A DNA stretch of 64,000 nucleotides from Bacteroidales bacterium (GTDB lineage: Bacteria; Bacteroidota; Bacteroidia; Bacteroidales; VadinHA17), in the NCBI GenBank assembly GCA_036759025.1, contig DAIOVL010000001.1, positions 189,807 through 253,806 of the forward strand, written 5' to 3'. Below, piece by piece: positions 1 through 9,518 of the stretch; position 1 is the first letter of the stretch, and every line of letters begins with the position of its first letter. The notes beneath the pieces are model-generated. The model worked only from the letters and a program-made list of their open reading frames with translations, was not told the DNA's origin and did no database searches. The translations under genes and the position numbers were made by a program.

Positions 1-80
1 TCTGCAATTTTTCTGATACTACCGGAGGGTAACTGATCTTTGATCTTCCGGAGTTCATTGAAGGTGATGGTTGTGCTCAT
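1..80 (-). CDS. Small conserved Bacteroidota DNA-binding protein, N-terminal part (runs off window start; absent from ORF track)
   Basis: Reverse strand from ATG at 80 reads MSTTITFNELRKIKDQLPSGSIRKIA, matching the recalled TITFNELRKIKD.LP.GS family; TAnnTTTG box upstream at 123-130. Confidence 0.8.
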   Translation of the reverse strand, partial: MSTTITFNELRKIKDQLPSGSIRKIA

Positions 81-122
81 GGCCTTATCGTTTTTAATAT
101 GTGAAACATTACTATATTATTT

Positions 123-130
123 CAAAGATA
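123..130 (-). promoter_or_regulatory. Bacteroidota -7 promoter element (TATCTTTG) for the small DNA-binding gene
   Basis: CAAAGATA on + strand, about 43 bp upstream of ATG at 80. Confidence 0.5.
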
Positions 131-238
131 ATCAATTCCGTTCTCTTTTCCTGAATGCTTATCTTAAAATGGTGTTAAAAAACAGTAAACACGGGATAAC
201 AGTTCTTTCCGGTAATTTAAAAATCTGATCCTTAGTAC

Positions 239-994
239 TTAACCCATTAAAGTAAGGAAGAGGTCTATTGCTTTTCTCTTATCATCATTCAGTTCGAAAT
301 TCATGTTCTTTGTAAGATATTCAAACAGACCGGCTCCTCTTATTACACCACTGCTGCCATATCTTTCAACTACCTCAGCAATATGGTCCACTCCGTATTT
401 TAGTGCAAGGTTGAATTCTTCATGAAAATCCTGACCAAGAGGCTTGTTTGCCGTCCAGCAGGCAAAAGCAAAGGGCAGCCCGGTGAACCTGAACCATTCT
501 TCTGCAAGATCAGTCTTGTAGCTGAATCTGTTCTCATATTCGAAGCACTGATCTCCTATCAGGACTACAGCTTCATTGTCGCCAATGTTTATAAAGTCAA
601 ATCCTTCGCTGGTGTTGTTCCAGATAAAATCCTTCTTCCAGAAGTTGCGGGCCAGTATCCTGGCAAGGTTAACCGAACTTAACGACCTGTAATCCAGATG
701 TATCTTCCTGATACCTGAAAAAGGTGTGTTGCTGAGAAGCATTACCGTGCGGACTTTCCCGTATGCACCCAGGCAGTAATCGGTAATGATACGGTAATCC
801 TTCACACGCGGCAGAGCCGCAACGGGTATCAGACCCACGTCCACAATGCCTTCTGCAAGTTTCTTTGCACATTCGGCAGGATGATCTGTCGTAAGAATGA
901 TCTTCCTGTCGAACCCCGTCATTTTCAACCCATGTATGAAAGGGTAGGTGTTGGCGTATTTTACCGCTGATACTTTAACTTTTGATGAATTCAT
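239..994 (-). CDS. mqnA: Chorismate dehydratase, futalosine menaquinone pathway (MqnA/MqnD/SBP family)
   Basis: VSAVKYANTYPF, VDVGLIP, G.VRTVML, SLSSVNLARIL, LIGD, DLAEEW...TGLPFAFACW motifs. Confidence 0.85.
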   Translation of the reverse strand: MNSSKVKVSAVKYANTYPFIHGLKMTGFDRKIILTTDHPAECAKKLAEGIVDVGLIPVAALPRVKDYRIITDYCLGAYGKVRTVMLLSNTPFSGIRKIHLDYRSLSSVNLARILARNFWKKDFIWNNTSEGFDFINIGDNEAVVLIGDQCFEYENRFSYKTDLAEEWFRFTGLPFAFACWTANKPLGQDFHEEFNLALKYGVDHIAEVVERYGSSGVIRGAGLFEYLTKNMNFELNDDKRKAIDLFLTLMG

Positions 995-1048
995 AAACTG
1001 ATTGGGAAGCTTACCTCTCTTCTGGTTTTTTTTAAACTTCTAAAATAC

Positions 1049-1056
1049 TATTTTTG
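1049..1056 (+). promoter_or_regulatory. -7 promoter element (TATTTTTG) for purB
   Basis: TAnnTTTG match 37 bp upstream of start. Confidence 0.5.
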
Positions 1057-1092
1057 TTGTAACGTTATTATCAAATTATCAAAGGAAAACCG

Positions 1093-2436
1093 ATGGATAT
1101 TAACTCTCTTACAGCCATATCTCCTATAGATGGCCGCTACCGTCAGAAGGTTGATGAGCTGAAGCTCTATTTTTCGGAATACGGGCTTATTAAATACCGG
1201 CTCATGGTTGAGATAGAGTACTTCATTGCACTTTGTGATATACCGCTTCCCCAGCTCTCCGATTTCAGGAAAGAGAATTACAAGGAACTCAGGTCAATTT
1301 ATGATGAACTTCCTTTAAAAGATGCTGAAAGGATCAAGGAAAAAGAGAAGATCACCAATCACGATGTGAAGGCTGTTGAGTATTTTCTGAAAGAGAAGTT
1401 TTTCCATCTTGGATGGGGTAAGTGGAGCGAGTTCATCCATTTCGGACTTACATCCCAGGATATCAACAACACGGCATTTCCTATGATGCTTAAAGATGCC
1501 ATGACCAATCTCTATTTTCCGCTTCTCTTTGAGCTCAGGGAAGTTCTTTCAAACCTTGCCGACGACTGGAAAGAGATACCCATGCTCGCACGCACCCATG
1601 GACAGCCTGCCTCACCGACAAGGCTGGGAAAGGAGATCGCAGTCTTTATAGCACGCCTTGACGAACAGTTCAAATATTTCGGCCAGATACCCTATTCTGC
1701 GAAATTCGGTGGAGCTACCGGCAATATGAATGCACACAGAGTCGGCTACCCTGAGATTGACTGGATCACTTTTGCCAACAATTTCGTGAGTGAAGACCTG
1801 GGTCTGCTGCGGTCGCATCCCACCACCCAGATTGAACACTATGATAACCTGGCAGCCCTGTTCGACAACATGAGGAGAATTAATGTGATATTCATCGACA
1901 TGGCAAGGGATATGTGGACATATATCTCGATGGAATATTTCGGTCAGAAGATCAGGAAAGGGGAGATCGGCTCTTCAGCCATGCCTCATAAAATCAATCC
2001 TATCGATTTTGAGAACGGCGAAGGAAACCTGGGATATGCCAACGCCATTTTTTCACATCTTTCTCAGAAACTTCCCGTTTCAAGGTTACAGCGCGACCTT
2101 ACCGATTCAACGGTAATAAGAAATATTGGGGTTCCGGTAGGACATACCCTCCTGGCTTTCCATTCATTGCTGAAAGGACTTGGAAAAATTGTCATCAACC
2201 CGGATAAGATCAAAAGCGACCTTGATAATAACTGGGCGGTTGTGGCTGAGGCAATTCAGACAATACTGCGAAGGGAAGGATATCCACATCCTTATGAGAC
2301 GCTGCTTGAACTGACACGTACCAGCACAAAAATAACGGCTGAAACGATTCGTTCATTCATCAATGGTCTTGATGTGAGCGAAAACGTCAGGGAAGAACTC
2401 CGATCTGTCACTCCCTTCAATTACACCGGCTATTAA
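1093..2436 (+). CDS. purB: Adenylosuccinate lyase
   Basis: AISPIDGRY, TNHDVKAVEY, HFGLTSQDIN, ARTHGQPASPT, GSSAMPHKINPIDFEN, SRLQRDLTDS. Confidence 0.97.
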   Translation: MDINSLTAISPIDGRYRQKVDELKLYFSEYGLIKYRLMVEIEYFIALCDIPLPQLSDFRKENYKELRSIYDELPLKDAERIKEKEKITNHDVKAVEYFLKEKFFHLGWGKWSEFIHFGLTSQDINNTAFPMMLKDAMTNLYFPLLFELREVLSNLADDWKEIPMLARTHGQPASPTRLGKEIAVFIARLDEQFKYFGQIPYSAKFGGATGNMNAHRVGYPEIDWITFANNFVSEDLGLLRSHPTTQIEHYDNLAALFDNMRRINVIFIDMARDMWTYISMEYFGQKIRKGEIGSSAMPHKINPIDFENGEGNLGYANAIFSHLSQKLPVSRLQRDLTDSTVIRNIGVPVGHTLLAFHSLLKGLGKIVINPDKIKSDLDNNWAVVAEAIQTILRREGYPHPYETLLELTRTSTKITAETIRSFINGLDVSENVREELRSVTPFNYTGY

Positions 2437-2451
2437 ACGTTATTATTCACG

Positions 2452-4272
2452 ATGGGCAAAGTTCGACTGCTTCTTAAGTATATTGCACCATATAAATGGT
2501 CGGCATTAAAAAATATCTTTTACAACATTCTAAGTGCTGTTTTTGCTCTCTTTTCACTTACCCTCATAGTTCCTTTCCTTAATATCCTGTTCAAAACGGC
2601 TGATGTGGTCCAGCCACCCGGCGACTTCAGCTTTACCCTTGAATACCTCAATAATTTTTCAAGGTACTTCTTTTACAGCATCATAGAAAGACGCGGACCT
2701 GCAGGCGCCCTGCTCATGGTCAGTGCAGCCTATCTCATTGCCAGTTTCTTTAAGAACGGATTTATTTTTCTTGCAAATAACAGCATGGCTTTCATCAGAT
2801 CGAGTACCGTACGCGACCTGAGAAAAAAAATGTATGGCAAGGTCCTCAGGCTTCCTCTTTCATATTTCACTGATGCCCGCAAGGGTGATCTCATGACCAG
2901 GGTCTCAAATGACGTCCAGGAAATAGAAGTTTCTGTAATGTCTTCACTTACAATGCTTTTCAGAGACCCGGTCATAATTATCATTTTTGTGGTATACCTC
3001 TTCGTCACAAGCTACCAGCTTACACTTTTTGCTCTTGCCCTGCTGCCTGTGAGCGGATGGCTTATAGGAAGGGTCAGCCGTACACTCAGATCCTCGTCGC
3101 TGGCCGGACAGGAAAGGCTGGGCAGGCTTCTTTCCGTCGTGGAGGAGACACTCACCGGACTGAGGATAATAAAAGGATTCAATGCCGAAAAGAAGATGAA
3201 GGATGAATTCTCAGTCATCAATAATAACTATTCCAAGATACTGAAGCGGGTTTTCAGGAAGGCATACCTGGCTTCACCTTTGAGTGAAGTTCTGTCATCA
3301 ATTGTGGTGATTATGTTGCTTTATGTGGGCGGAATCCTGGCACTCAAGGGCGGCGGAAACATGAGCAGTGACAAGCTGATAGCCTTTGTCCTTGTCTTTT
3401 CACAAATAATTCAGCCGGCCAAAAACATTACAACAGCATGGTTCAGCATCCAGAAAGGCATGGCATCGATCGACAGGGTGGATGAAATACTTGAAGCGGA
3501 AGAAAAGATAAGAGAAAGAGAAAACGCAAGGGAAATAAGGGAATTCAATGATTCGATTGAATTCAGGGGCGTTTGGTACGCATATAATAATGACCCTGTT
3601 CTCAAAGATATAAATCTGACTATCAGAAAGGGACAGACTGTTGCAGTTGTCGGCAAATCAGGAGCGGGAAAATCGACGCTTGCTGACCTGCTTCCACGCT
3701 TCATCGATCCCGGAAAGGGAAATGTCCTGATAGACGGAACCGATGTACGTGACCTGAAGACCACAGGCCTTCGTTATCTGATGGGTATAGTGAGCCAGCA
3801 TCCTATCCTCTTCAATGCAACCTTTGCTGAAAATATTGCCTTCGGCGTTGAAGAACCCGATATGGAAAAGGTCATCAATGCTGCACGTATTGCCAATGCA
3901 CACGAATTCATAATGGAAACGGAAAAGGGTTATCAAACCACCGTAGGGGAAGGTGGCAACAAACTCAGCGGCGGACAGAGGCAGCGAATAAGCATCGCAA
4001 GGGCAATAATGGCCAATCCTCCTGTTCTGATCCTTGACGAGGCTACCTCAGCCCTCGATACAGAATCGGAACGGCTGGTTCAGGATGCAATACTGAAACT
4101 GATGGAAAACAGAACATCCCTGGTAATTGCTCACCGGCTTTCTACAATTCAGAATGCCGATCTGATAGTCGTACTTGATGAAGGCAGGATCGTGGAAACC
4201 GGGACGCATACAGAGCTTATGAACAGGGAAGATGGTTTCTATGCACGGCTGCGGAGCTTCCAGGCTATATGA
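2452..4272 (+). CDS. MsbA-like ABC exporter (TMD+NBD fusion)
   Basis: About 6 TM segments; Walker A GKSGAGKS, LSGGQRQR, ILDEATSALD, AHRLST. Confidence 0.92.
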   Translation: MGKVRLLLKYIAPYKWSALKNIFYNILSAVFALFSLTLIVPFLNILFKTADVVQPPGDFSFTLEYLNNFSRYFFYSIIERRGPAGALLMVSAAYLIASFFKNGFIFLANNSMAFIRSSTVRDLRKKMYGKVLRLPLSYFTDARKGDLMTRVSNDVQEIEVSVMSSLTMLFRDPVIIIIFVVYLFVTSYQLTLFALALLPVSGWLIGRVSRTLRSSSLAGQERLGRLLSVVEETLTGLRIIKGFNAEKKMKDEFSVINNNYSKILKRVFRKAYLASPLSEVLSSIVVIMLLYVGGILALKGGGNMSSDKLIAFVLVFSQIIQPAKNITTAWFSIQKGMASIDRVDEILEAEEKIRERENAREIREFNDSIEFRGVWYAYNNDPVLKDINLTIRKGQTVAVVGKSGAGKSTLADLLPRFIDPGKGNVLIDGTDVRDLKTTGLRYLMGIVSQHPILFNATFAENIAFGVEEPDMEKVINAARIANAHEFIMETEKGYQTTVGEGGNKLSGGQRQRISIARAIMANPPVLILDEATSALDTESERLVQDAILKLMENRTSLVIAHRLSTIQNADLIVVLDEGRIVETGTHTELMNREDGFYARLRSFQAI

Positions 4273-4279
4273 GGAATTT

Positions 4280-4309
4280 AGTGGTGAGTGGTGAGTAGTG
4301 AGTGGTGAG
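4280..4309 (+). repeat. Heptamer tandem repeat (AGTGGTG)x4
   Basis: AGTGGTG AGTGGTG AGTAGTG AGTGGTG AG directly after the ABC exporter stop. Confidence 0.85.
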
Positions 4310-4373
4310 CAGGGATATGAAGAAATTGGAGAAATATAGTACGGGTGATATATTAGAACTTAATAAGAGAATC

Positions 4374-6194
4374 ATGATAAAGAGATTAATACTGTCGTTG
4401 TTTATTTATGTTTCGCTGTTAGCCTTTATGCCGGCGGATGCACAGAAGGCAAAGCACACTTTCCGACTGAGTCCAACAGAATTCCTGCTCGACGATCAGC
4501 CTTTCCAGATCATTAGCGGGGAGCTTCATCCGGCAAGGATACCGCGTGAATACTGGCAGCACAGGATACAGATGGCCAAAGCCATGGGCTGTAACACAAT
4601 ATCCGTATACCTGTTCTGGAATTATCATGAAACATCGGAAGGTGTTTTTGATTTTTCTACCGACAACAGAAATCTGAACGAATTTATAGATCTCGTGCAG
4701 AAGGAAGATATGTGGCTCATTATCAGACCCGGACCTTATGTTTGTGCAGAGTGGGACCTCGGAGGAATCCCGCCATACCTCCTTAAGATCCCCGACATCA
4801 GGTTGCGTTGCATGGATGAAAGATATATGTCTGCTGCCGAACGTTATATTGTCAGACTTGCCGAAGAAATACGGCCATGGCTTATTACCAGGGGAGGTCC
4901 GGTTATAATGCTTCAGATCGAAAATGAATATGGCAGCTATGCAAACGATCGTATATATATGAAGCGGTTAAAGGAGATCTGGACTGCAAACGGGATCGAC
5001 ATTCCTACCTTCACAGGCGACGGGCCCACAACCTATATGCTCGAGGCAGGTACTCTTCCGGAAAGCGCTGTGGGACTCGACTCAGGCAGTTCACCTGAAA
5101 ATTTTGAGCTGGCTTCGAAAATGAATCCCGGAGTACCTGTGTTCAGCAGTGAAACGTACCCCGGATGGTTAACACACTGGGGTGAAGAATGGGCAGGACG
5201 GGATACAGCCTCGCTCCTTAAAGAAGTAAGGTTCCTCATGGATAATAAAAAATCATTCAACTTTTATGTAATCCATGGAGGAACAAATTTCGGATTCACT
5301 GCCGGGGCCAATTCAGGAGGCAAGGGTTATGAACCCGATGTAACCAGTTACGACTACGACGCTCCGATAAATGAACAGGGTGTCCCTACACCTAAATATA
5401 TGGCACTAAGAGAACTCTTTGAGTCTTACCTGCCAAAAGGGAAAAAACTCTCCAAAATACCTGATCCCATCCCTGCAATTGAAATTCCTATGATATTCAT
5501 GTCGAGGTTCACTTCGGTATGGGATAACCTTCCGCAACCGGTGAAATCAGTAACACCCAGAACATTTGAAGCTTACGGCCAGGATCAGGGATTTATCCTT
5601 TACCGTACTGAACTTATTGGTCATAAAAAGGGGAAACTGGTGGTTACAGATGTTCATGACTATGCCACGGTATTTATTGACGGCGAGTATGTCGGACGCC
5701 TCGACAGACGTGAAGGCATTAACTCTGTTGACCTGCCTGCAGGCAAAAAGGAGAATCCTGTTCTCGAAATACTGGTCGAAGCAATGGGGAGGATCAACTA
5801 TGGTCAGTTCATGATCGACCGGAAAGGCATTACCGAAAGGGTGACTCTTAACGGAATGACACTTATGAACTGGGAGGTTTTTCAGCTGCCGATGGACTGG
5901 AAATTTGTTTATGATCTGCGCTCTTCAGGAAGAGTGATGAATAAACCCGGGGTCTTTTATAAGGGTAACTTCTCTCTGATAGAAACGGGAGATACATATA
6001 TCGACGTGTCGAACTATCAGAAAGGTATCGTATGGGTCAACGGTCATAACCTCGGAAGATACTGGAACATCGGTCCGCAAAAACGCCTGTTCTGTCCTGG
6101 TCCATGGCTGAAAAAAGGAATGAATGAGGTGCTCATTTTCGATCTGCATTCACTGGAAGGAAAACCGGTGACCGGGGTTAAAACAATGAAATGA
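4374..6194 (+). CDS. Beta-galactosidase, GH35, secreted (ORF track start 4302 lies in the repeat; ATG 4374 begins a signal peptide)
   Basis: SGELHPARIP, RPGPYVCAEW, catalytic QIENEYG and SETYPGW, GGTNFG, TSYDYDAPI, NLGRYWNIGPQ. Confidence 0.93.
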   Translation: MIKRLILSLFIYVSLLAFMPADAQKAKHTFRLSPTEFLLDDQPFQIISGELHPARIPREYWQHRIQMAKAMGCNTISVYLFWNYHETSEGVFDFSTDNRNLNEFIDLVQKEDMWLIIRPGPYVCAEWDLGGIPPYLLKIPDIRLRCMDERYMSAAERYIVRLAEEIRPWLITRGGPVIMLQIENEYGSYANDRIYMKRLKEIWTANGIDIPTFTGDGPTTYMLEAGTLPESAVGLDSGSSPENFELASKMNPGVPVFSSETYPGWLTHWGEEWAGRDTASLLKEVRFLMDNKKSFNFYVIHGGTNFGFTAGANSGGKGYEPDVTSYDYDAPINEQGVPTPKYMALRELFESYLPKGKKLSKIPDPIPAIEIPMIFMSRFTSVWDNLPQPVKSVTPRTFEAYGQDQGFILYRTELIGHKKGKLVVTDVHDYATVFIDGEYVGRLDRREGINSVDLPAGKKENPVLEILVEAMGRINYGQFMIDRKGITERVTLNGMTLMNWEVFQLPMDWKFVYDLRSSGRVMNKPGVFYKGNFSLIETGDTYIDVSNYQKGIVWVNGHNLGRYWNIGPQKRLFCPGPWLKKGMNEVLIFDLHSLEGKPVTGVKTMK

Positions 6195-6231
6195 GACATT
6201 ACAGATGTCCCGCTAAATAAAACAAAAAACC

Positions 6232-7428
6232 ATGGTAAAGAAGAAATTATTTCCCGTACCGGTTGCTTTGCTGGTACTTGTCATGCTGGCGGTTGCCGCT
6301 TGCAATTCCGGAAAGCCGTCAGCGAAAAAGGCTGAAGAAAAATGGTCGGTCAGAATGGCAAATACAGTGATGGCTCAGGCTGACAGTCTGACAAAATATG
6401 TGGCCGGACCTCCGAAATGGGCTTATGATGTGGCTTTTCTTGGAATGGCAATAGACAGGCTCGGTGATATTGATCCGAAATACTCAGGATACATGGAGAA
6501 CTGGATTGATTATTTTGTCCAACCCGACGGTTCAGTAATAAATTACAGGCTTGATGAATACAACCTCGACAGGATCTACCCGGGACGGAATATACTGACA
6601 ATATATAAAAGAAAGCCTGAAGAGCGATATAAGATTGCGATGGATAATCTGATTGAACAGCTGAAAACCCACCCTAAAACAAATTCGGGAGGCTACTGGC
6701 ATAAGAAGATATATCCGTGGCAGATGTGGCTTGATGGTATCTATATGGCATCTACCTATATGGTGCAATATGCAAAGGAATTCAACGCTCCAGGATGGTA
6801 TGATGTTGCTGCGAACCAGGCAAAGATGGTGTACGGAAAAACACTCGACCCTTCATCAGGCCTGCTGATGCATGCATGGGATGAAAGCCGCGAACAGCGC
6901 TGGTGTAATCCGGAAACAGGTCAGTCGCAATATCCTTGGAGTCGTGCTATGGGTTGGTATGCAATGGCGCTGACTGATATTCTTGACTATCTCCCGCCTG
7001 ACCATTCTGACAGGGATACCCTTATAAATATACTTCAGAATGTGAGCAAAGCACTTCTTGAAGTACGTGACCCTGAATCGGGGATATGGTACCAGGTTCT
7101 GAATCAGGGTGGGAGAGAAGGCAATTACCTCGAAGGATCAGGTTCTGCAATGTATATTTATGTTTTCGCCAAAGCAGCACGTCTGGGCTACCTCGACCAA
7201 AAGTATCGTGACATTGCATCCGATGCTCTCGATGATTTCATTCGTGAGCTGGTGACGGTCGACGAAAAAGGTATGGTGACCATAAGGAATATATGTGGAG
7301 GCTGTGGTCTGGGAGGAAATCCATATCGTGACGGTTCGTACGAATACTATATCAACGAGAAAAGATTTGAAAATGACACCAAAGGTGTCGCACCTTTCAT
7401 ACTGGCTGCTATAGAACTTGACAGATAA
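6232..7428 (+). CDS. Unsaturated rhamnogalacturonyl hydrolase, GH105, lipoprotein
   Basis: Lipobox VAAC; YWHKKIYPWQMWLDGIYM, HAWDES, WSRAMGWY, NYLEGSGSAM. Confidence 0.9.
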   Translation: MVKKKLFPVPVALLVLVMLAVAACNSGKPSAKKAEEKWSVRMANTVMAQADSLTKYVAGPPKWAYDVAFLGMAIDRLGDIDPKYSGYMENWIDYFVQPDGSVINYRLDEYNLDRIYPGRNILTIYKRKPEERYKIAMDNLIEQLKTHPKTNSGGYWHKKIYPWQMWLDGIYMASTYMVQYAKEFNAPGWYDVAANQAKMVYGKTLDPSSGLLMHAWDESREQRWCNPETGQSQYPWSRAMGWYAMALTDILDYLPPDHSDRDTLINILQNVSKALLEVRDPESGIWYQVLNQGGREGNYLEGSGSAMYIYVFAKAARLGYLDQKYRDIASDALDDFIRELVTVDEKGMVTIRNICGGCGLGGNPYRDGSYEYYINEKRFENDTKGVAPFILAAIELDR

Positions 7429-7474
7429 TATTTTACACTGCTTGTTGTTAATTAATTATAAACCCTGTTAACCA

Positions 7475-9514
7475 ATGCAACGTATTGTCCTGCTTTTGCT
7501 TCTGACCGCCTTCCTCTATACGGGATGTAACTATCAGCGATACAACATCGTATTGCTTGAAGATGATTTCTCATCACTCGACACCGGGCTGTTTACAGCT
7601 CCTGTAGGTGCACACACGGAATACCATTTTCTTCCTGAGGCCGGACCTCACGGAAACTGGGCTGTCTCAAGCTTTGCATCAGGAGATATATGGGGAACGG
7701 CATGGCAGGTAAAACAAAGTAATTCAGGGAAGATGCTTTGCCAGACCTATGAGAACAAAAATCAACGCTGGACACATCCAATGATAATTGCCGGAGATTC
7801 GCTGTGGAGAGACTACCGGCTAACAGTCAGCTTTGAACCCGAAGATGATTCCCATTATTCGGGAATAGCATTCAGATACAGGAACGACCGTTGTTTTTAT
7901 TTCTTTGGTGTCAGGGATTCGACAGCATATATATCTGAATTCAGACATTCTGAAAAATTCAATGTACTGAAGGAAACTATTCTTGCTTCTGAACCCTTCG
8001 TATTTACACCTGGAGAGACTCTTACTGCCGTGGTAAAGGTCATTGGCGATCAGATCATTGCATCTCTGAATGAAGATATCAGACTTAGCGTTGCCGACGA
8101 CACCTACAAAACAGGCAAGATCGGCCTCGTATCGAATGTGAAGGCCAAGTACCACCATGTTAAGGTCGAATCATCGAAAAATGAAGAAGAGTATTCCAGG
8201 TTGAAAAATGAGGAATATGACCTTGAATCACAGGAGCTTCAGAAATCAAATCCTGAAATGATAGTATGGAAAAAGCTTAATACGGAAGGTTTCGGGGCAG
8301 GACGTAATGTAAGGTTTGGAGATCTTAACGGCGACGGAAAATCTGATGTGCTGATCGGTCAGGTGATACACCACGGACCTCGGGACCGGCACAGCGAGCT
8401 GAGTTGTATGACTGCCCTTACGTTAGAAGGAGAGCAGCTGTGGCAGATCGGAAAACCTGATCCTGAAAAGTATCATCTTACCAATGACGTTGGATTTCAG
8501 ATCCACGACCTCGACAATGACGGGAAAAATGAGGTGATCTATTGCATGAACTTTGAGATCATCGTTGCCGATGCCGCGACCGGCAGGACAAAATTCAAGA
8601 CCCGGACACCTGTTTCAAAGAATCCTGAATACAGATTTCCCCGCATACTTGGAGATTGCCTCTTTTTCTTCGATGCAGAAGGAAAAGGGTGGGACTCGGA
8701 TATTCTTATCAAAGACAGGTACACTCATTTCTGGGTGCTGAACAACAGACTGGATGTATTATGGGAAGGCAGCTGCAAAACAGGACATTATCCATATGCT
8801 TACGATGTTGACGGTGACGGAAAAGATGAACTGGCAATAGGTTACAGCCTATATGATGATGACGGCACCCTGCTCTGGAGCCTGGATAATGAGATCGGCG
8901 ATCACTGCGACGGTGTGGCCGTAGCGCAATTCATCGAAAACCAGGAGGCAGGGCCTGAAATTATGTATGCAGCCAGCAATGGCGGCTATTTAAGGGTAAG
9001 TACTGATGGGAAGATACTCAGGCATCATCTGAACGGCCATGTTCAGAATCCGGCTGTCGCCAACTTCAGATCTGACCTGCCGGGACTCGAAACTGTAAGC
9101 ATAGACTTCTGGGGAAGTCAGGGAATCATCCATTTATATGATGCTGAAGGAAATATCTATCACGATTTTGAGCCTAACCAGTTCGGAAGCATGTGCCTGC
9201 CTCTAAACTGGACGGGAACAGGAGAGGAGTATTTCGTTCATAATCCTTCAGTCAGGCTTGGTGGTGTCTTTGATGGCCGGGGCAGAAAAGTGCTTCAGTT
9301 TCCCGATGACGGACATCCCGACATGTGCAATGCAACACTCGACCTGACAGGAGATTGCAGAGATGAAATAGTTGTGTGGGATCAGCATCAGATGTGGGTT
9401 TATACCCAGTCCGACAACCCAAAAACGGGCAAGCTCTATAAACCGATCAGAAATCCGTTGTATAACTATTCAAATTACCAGGCAACAGTATCATTGCCCG
9501 GGTGGACAGACTGA
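7475..9514 (+). CDS. Lipoprotein with N-terminal lectin/DUF1080-like beta-sandwich and C-terminal FG-GAP/PL11-like beta-propeller
   Basis: Lipobox YTGC; W.DY...SGIAFRY motif; four Dx(D/N)xDG-type motifs (DLNGDG, DLDNDG, DVDGDG, DLTGDC); HYPYAYDVDGDGKDE...GDHCDG resembles the PL11 C-terminus. Confidence 0.6.
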   Translation: MQRIVLLLLLTAFLYTGCNYQRYNIVLLEDDFSSLDTGLFTAPVGAHTEYHFLPEAGPHGNWAVSSFASGDIWGTAWQVKQSNSGKMLCQTYENKNQRWTHPMIIAGDSLWRDYRLTVSFEPEDDSHYSGIAFRYRNDRCFYFFGVRDSTAYISEFRHSEKFNVLKETILASEPFVFTPGETLTAVVKVIGDQIIASLNEDIRLSVADDTYKTGKIGLVSNVKAKYHHVKVESSKNEEEYSRLKNEEYDLESQELQKSNPEMIVWKKLNTEGFGAGRNVRFGDLNGDGKSDVLIGQVIHHGPRDRHSELSCMTALTLEGEQLWQIGKPDPEKYHLTNDVGFQIHDLDNDGKNEVIYCMNFEIIVADAATGRTKFKTRTPVSKNPEYRFPRILGDCLFFFDAEGKGWDSDILIKDRYTHFWVLNNRLDVLWEGSCKTGHYPYAYDVDGDGKDELAIGYSLYDDDGTLLWSLDNEIGDHCDGVAVAQFIENQEAGPEIMYAASNGGYLRVSTDGKILRHHLNGHVQNPAVANFRSDLPGLETVSIDFWGSQGIIHLYDAEGNIYHDFEPNQFGSMCLPLNWTGTGEEYFVHNPSVRLGGVFDGRGRKVLQFPDDGHPDMCNATLDLTGDCRDEIVVWDQHQMWVYTQSDNPKTGKLYKPIRNPLYNYSNYQATVSLPGWTD

Positions 9515-9518
9515 TCAC

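Noticed and set aside
40-228. 62-aa plus-strand ORF
   Set aside because: Antisense to the recognisable small DNA-binding gene and its promoter; no family signal
9372-9518. 147-bp overlap implied by the ORF track between the propeller gene and the GH143-like gene
   Set aside because: ATG at 9519 begins a clean signal peptide 4 bp after the upstream stop
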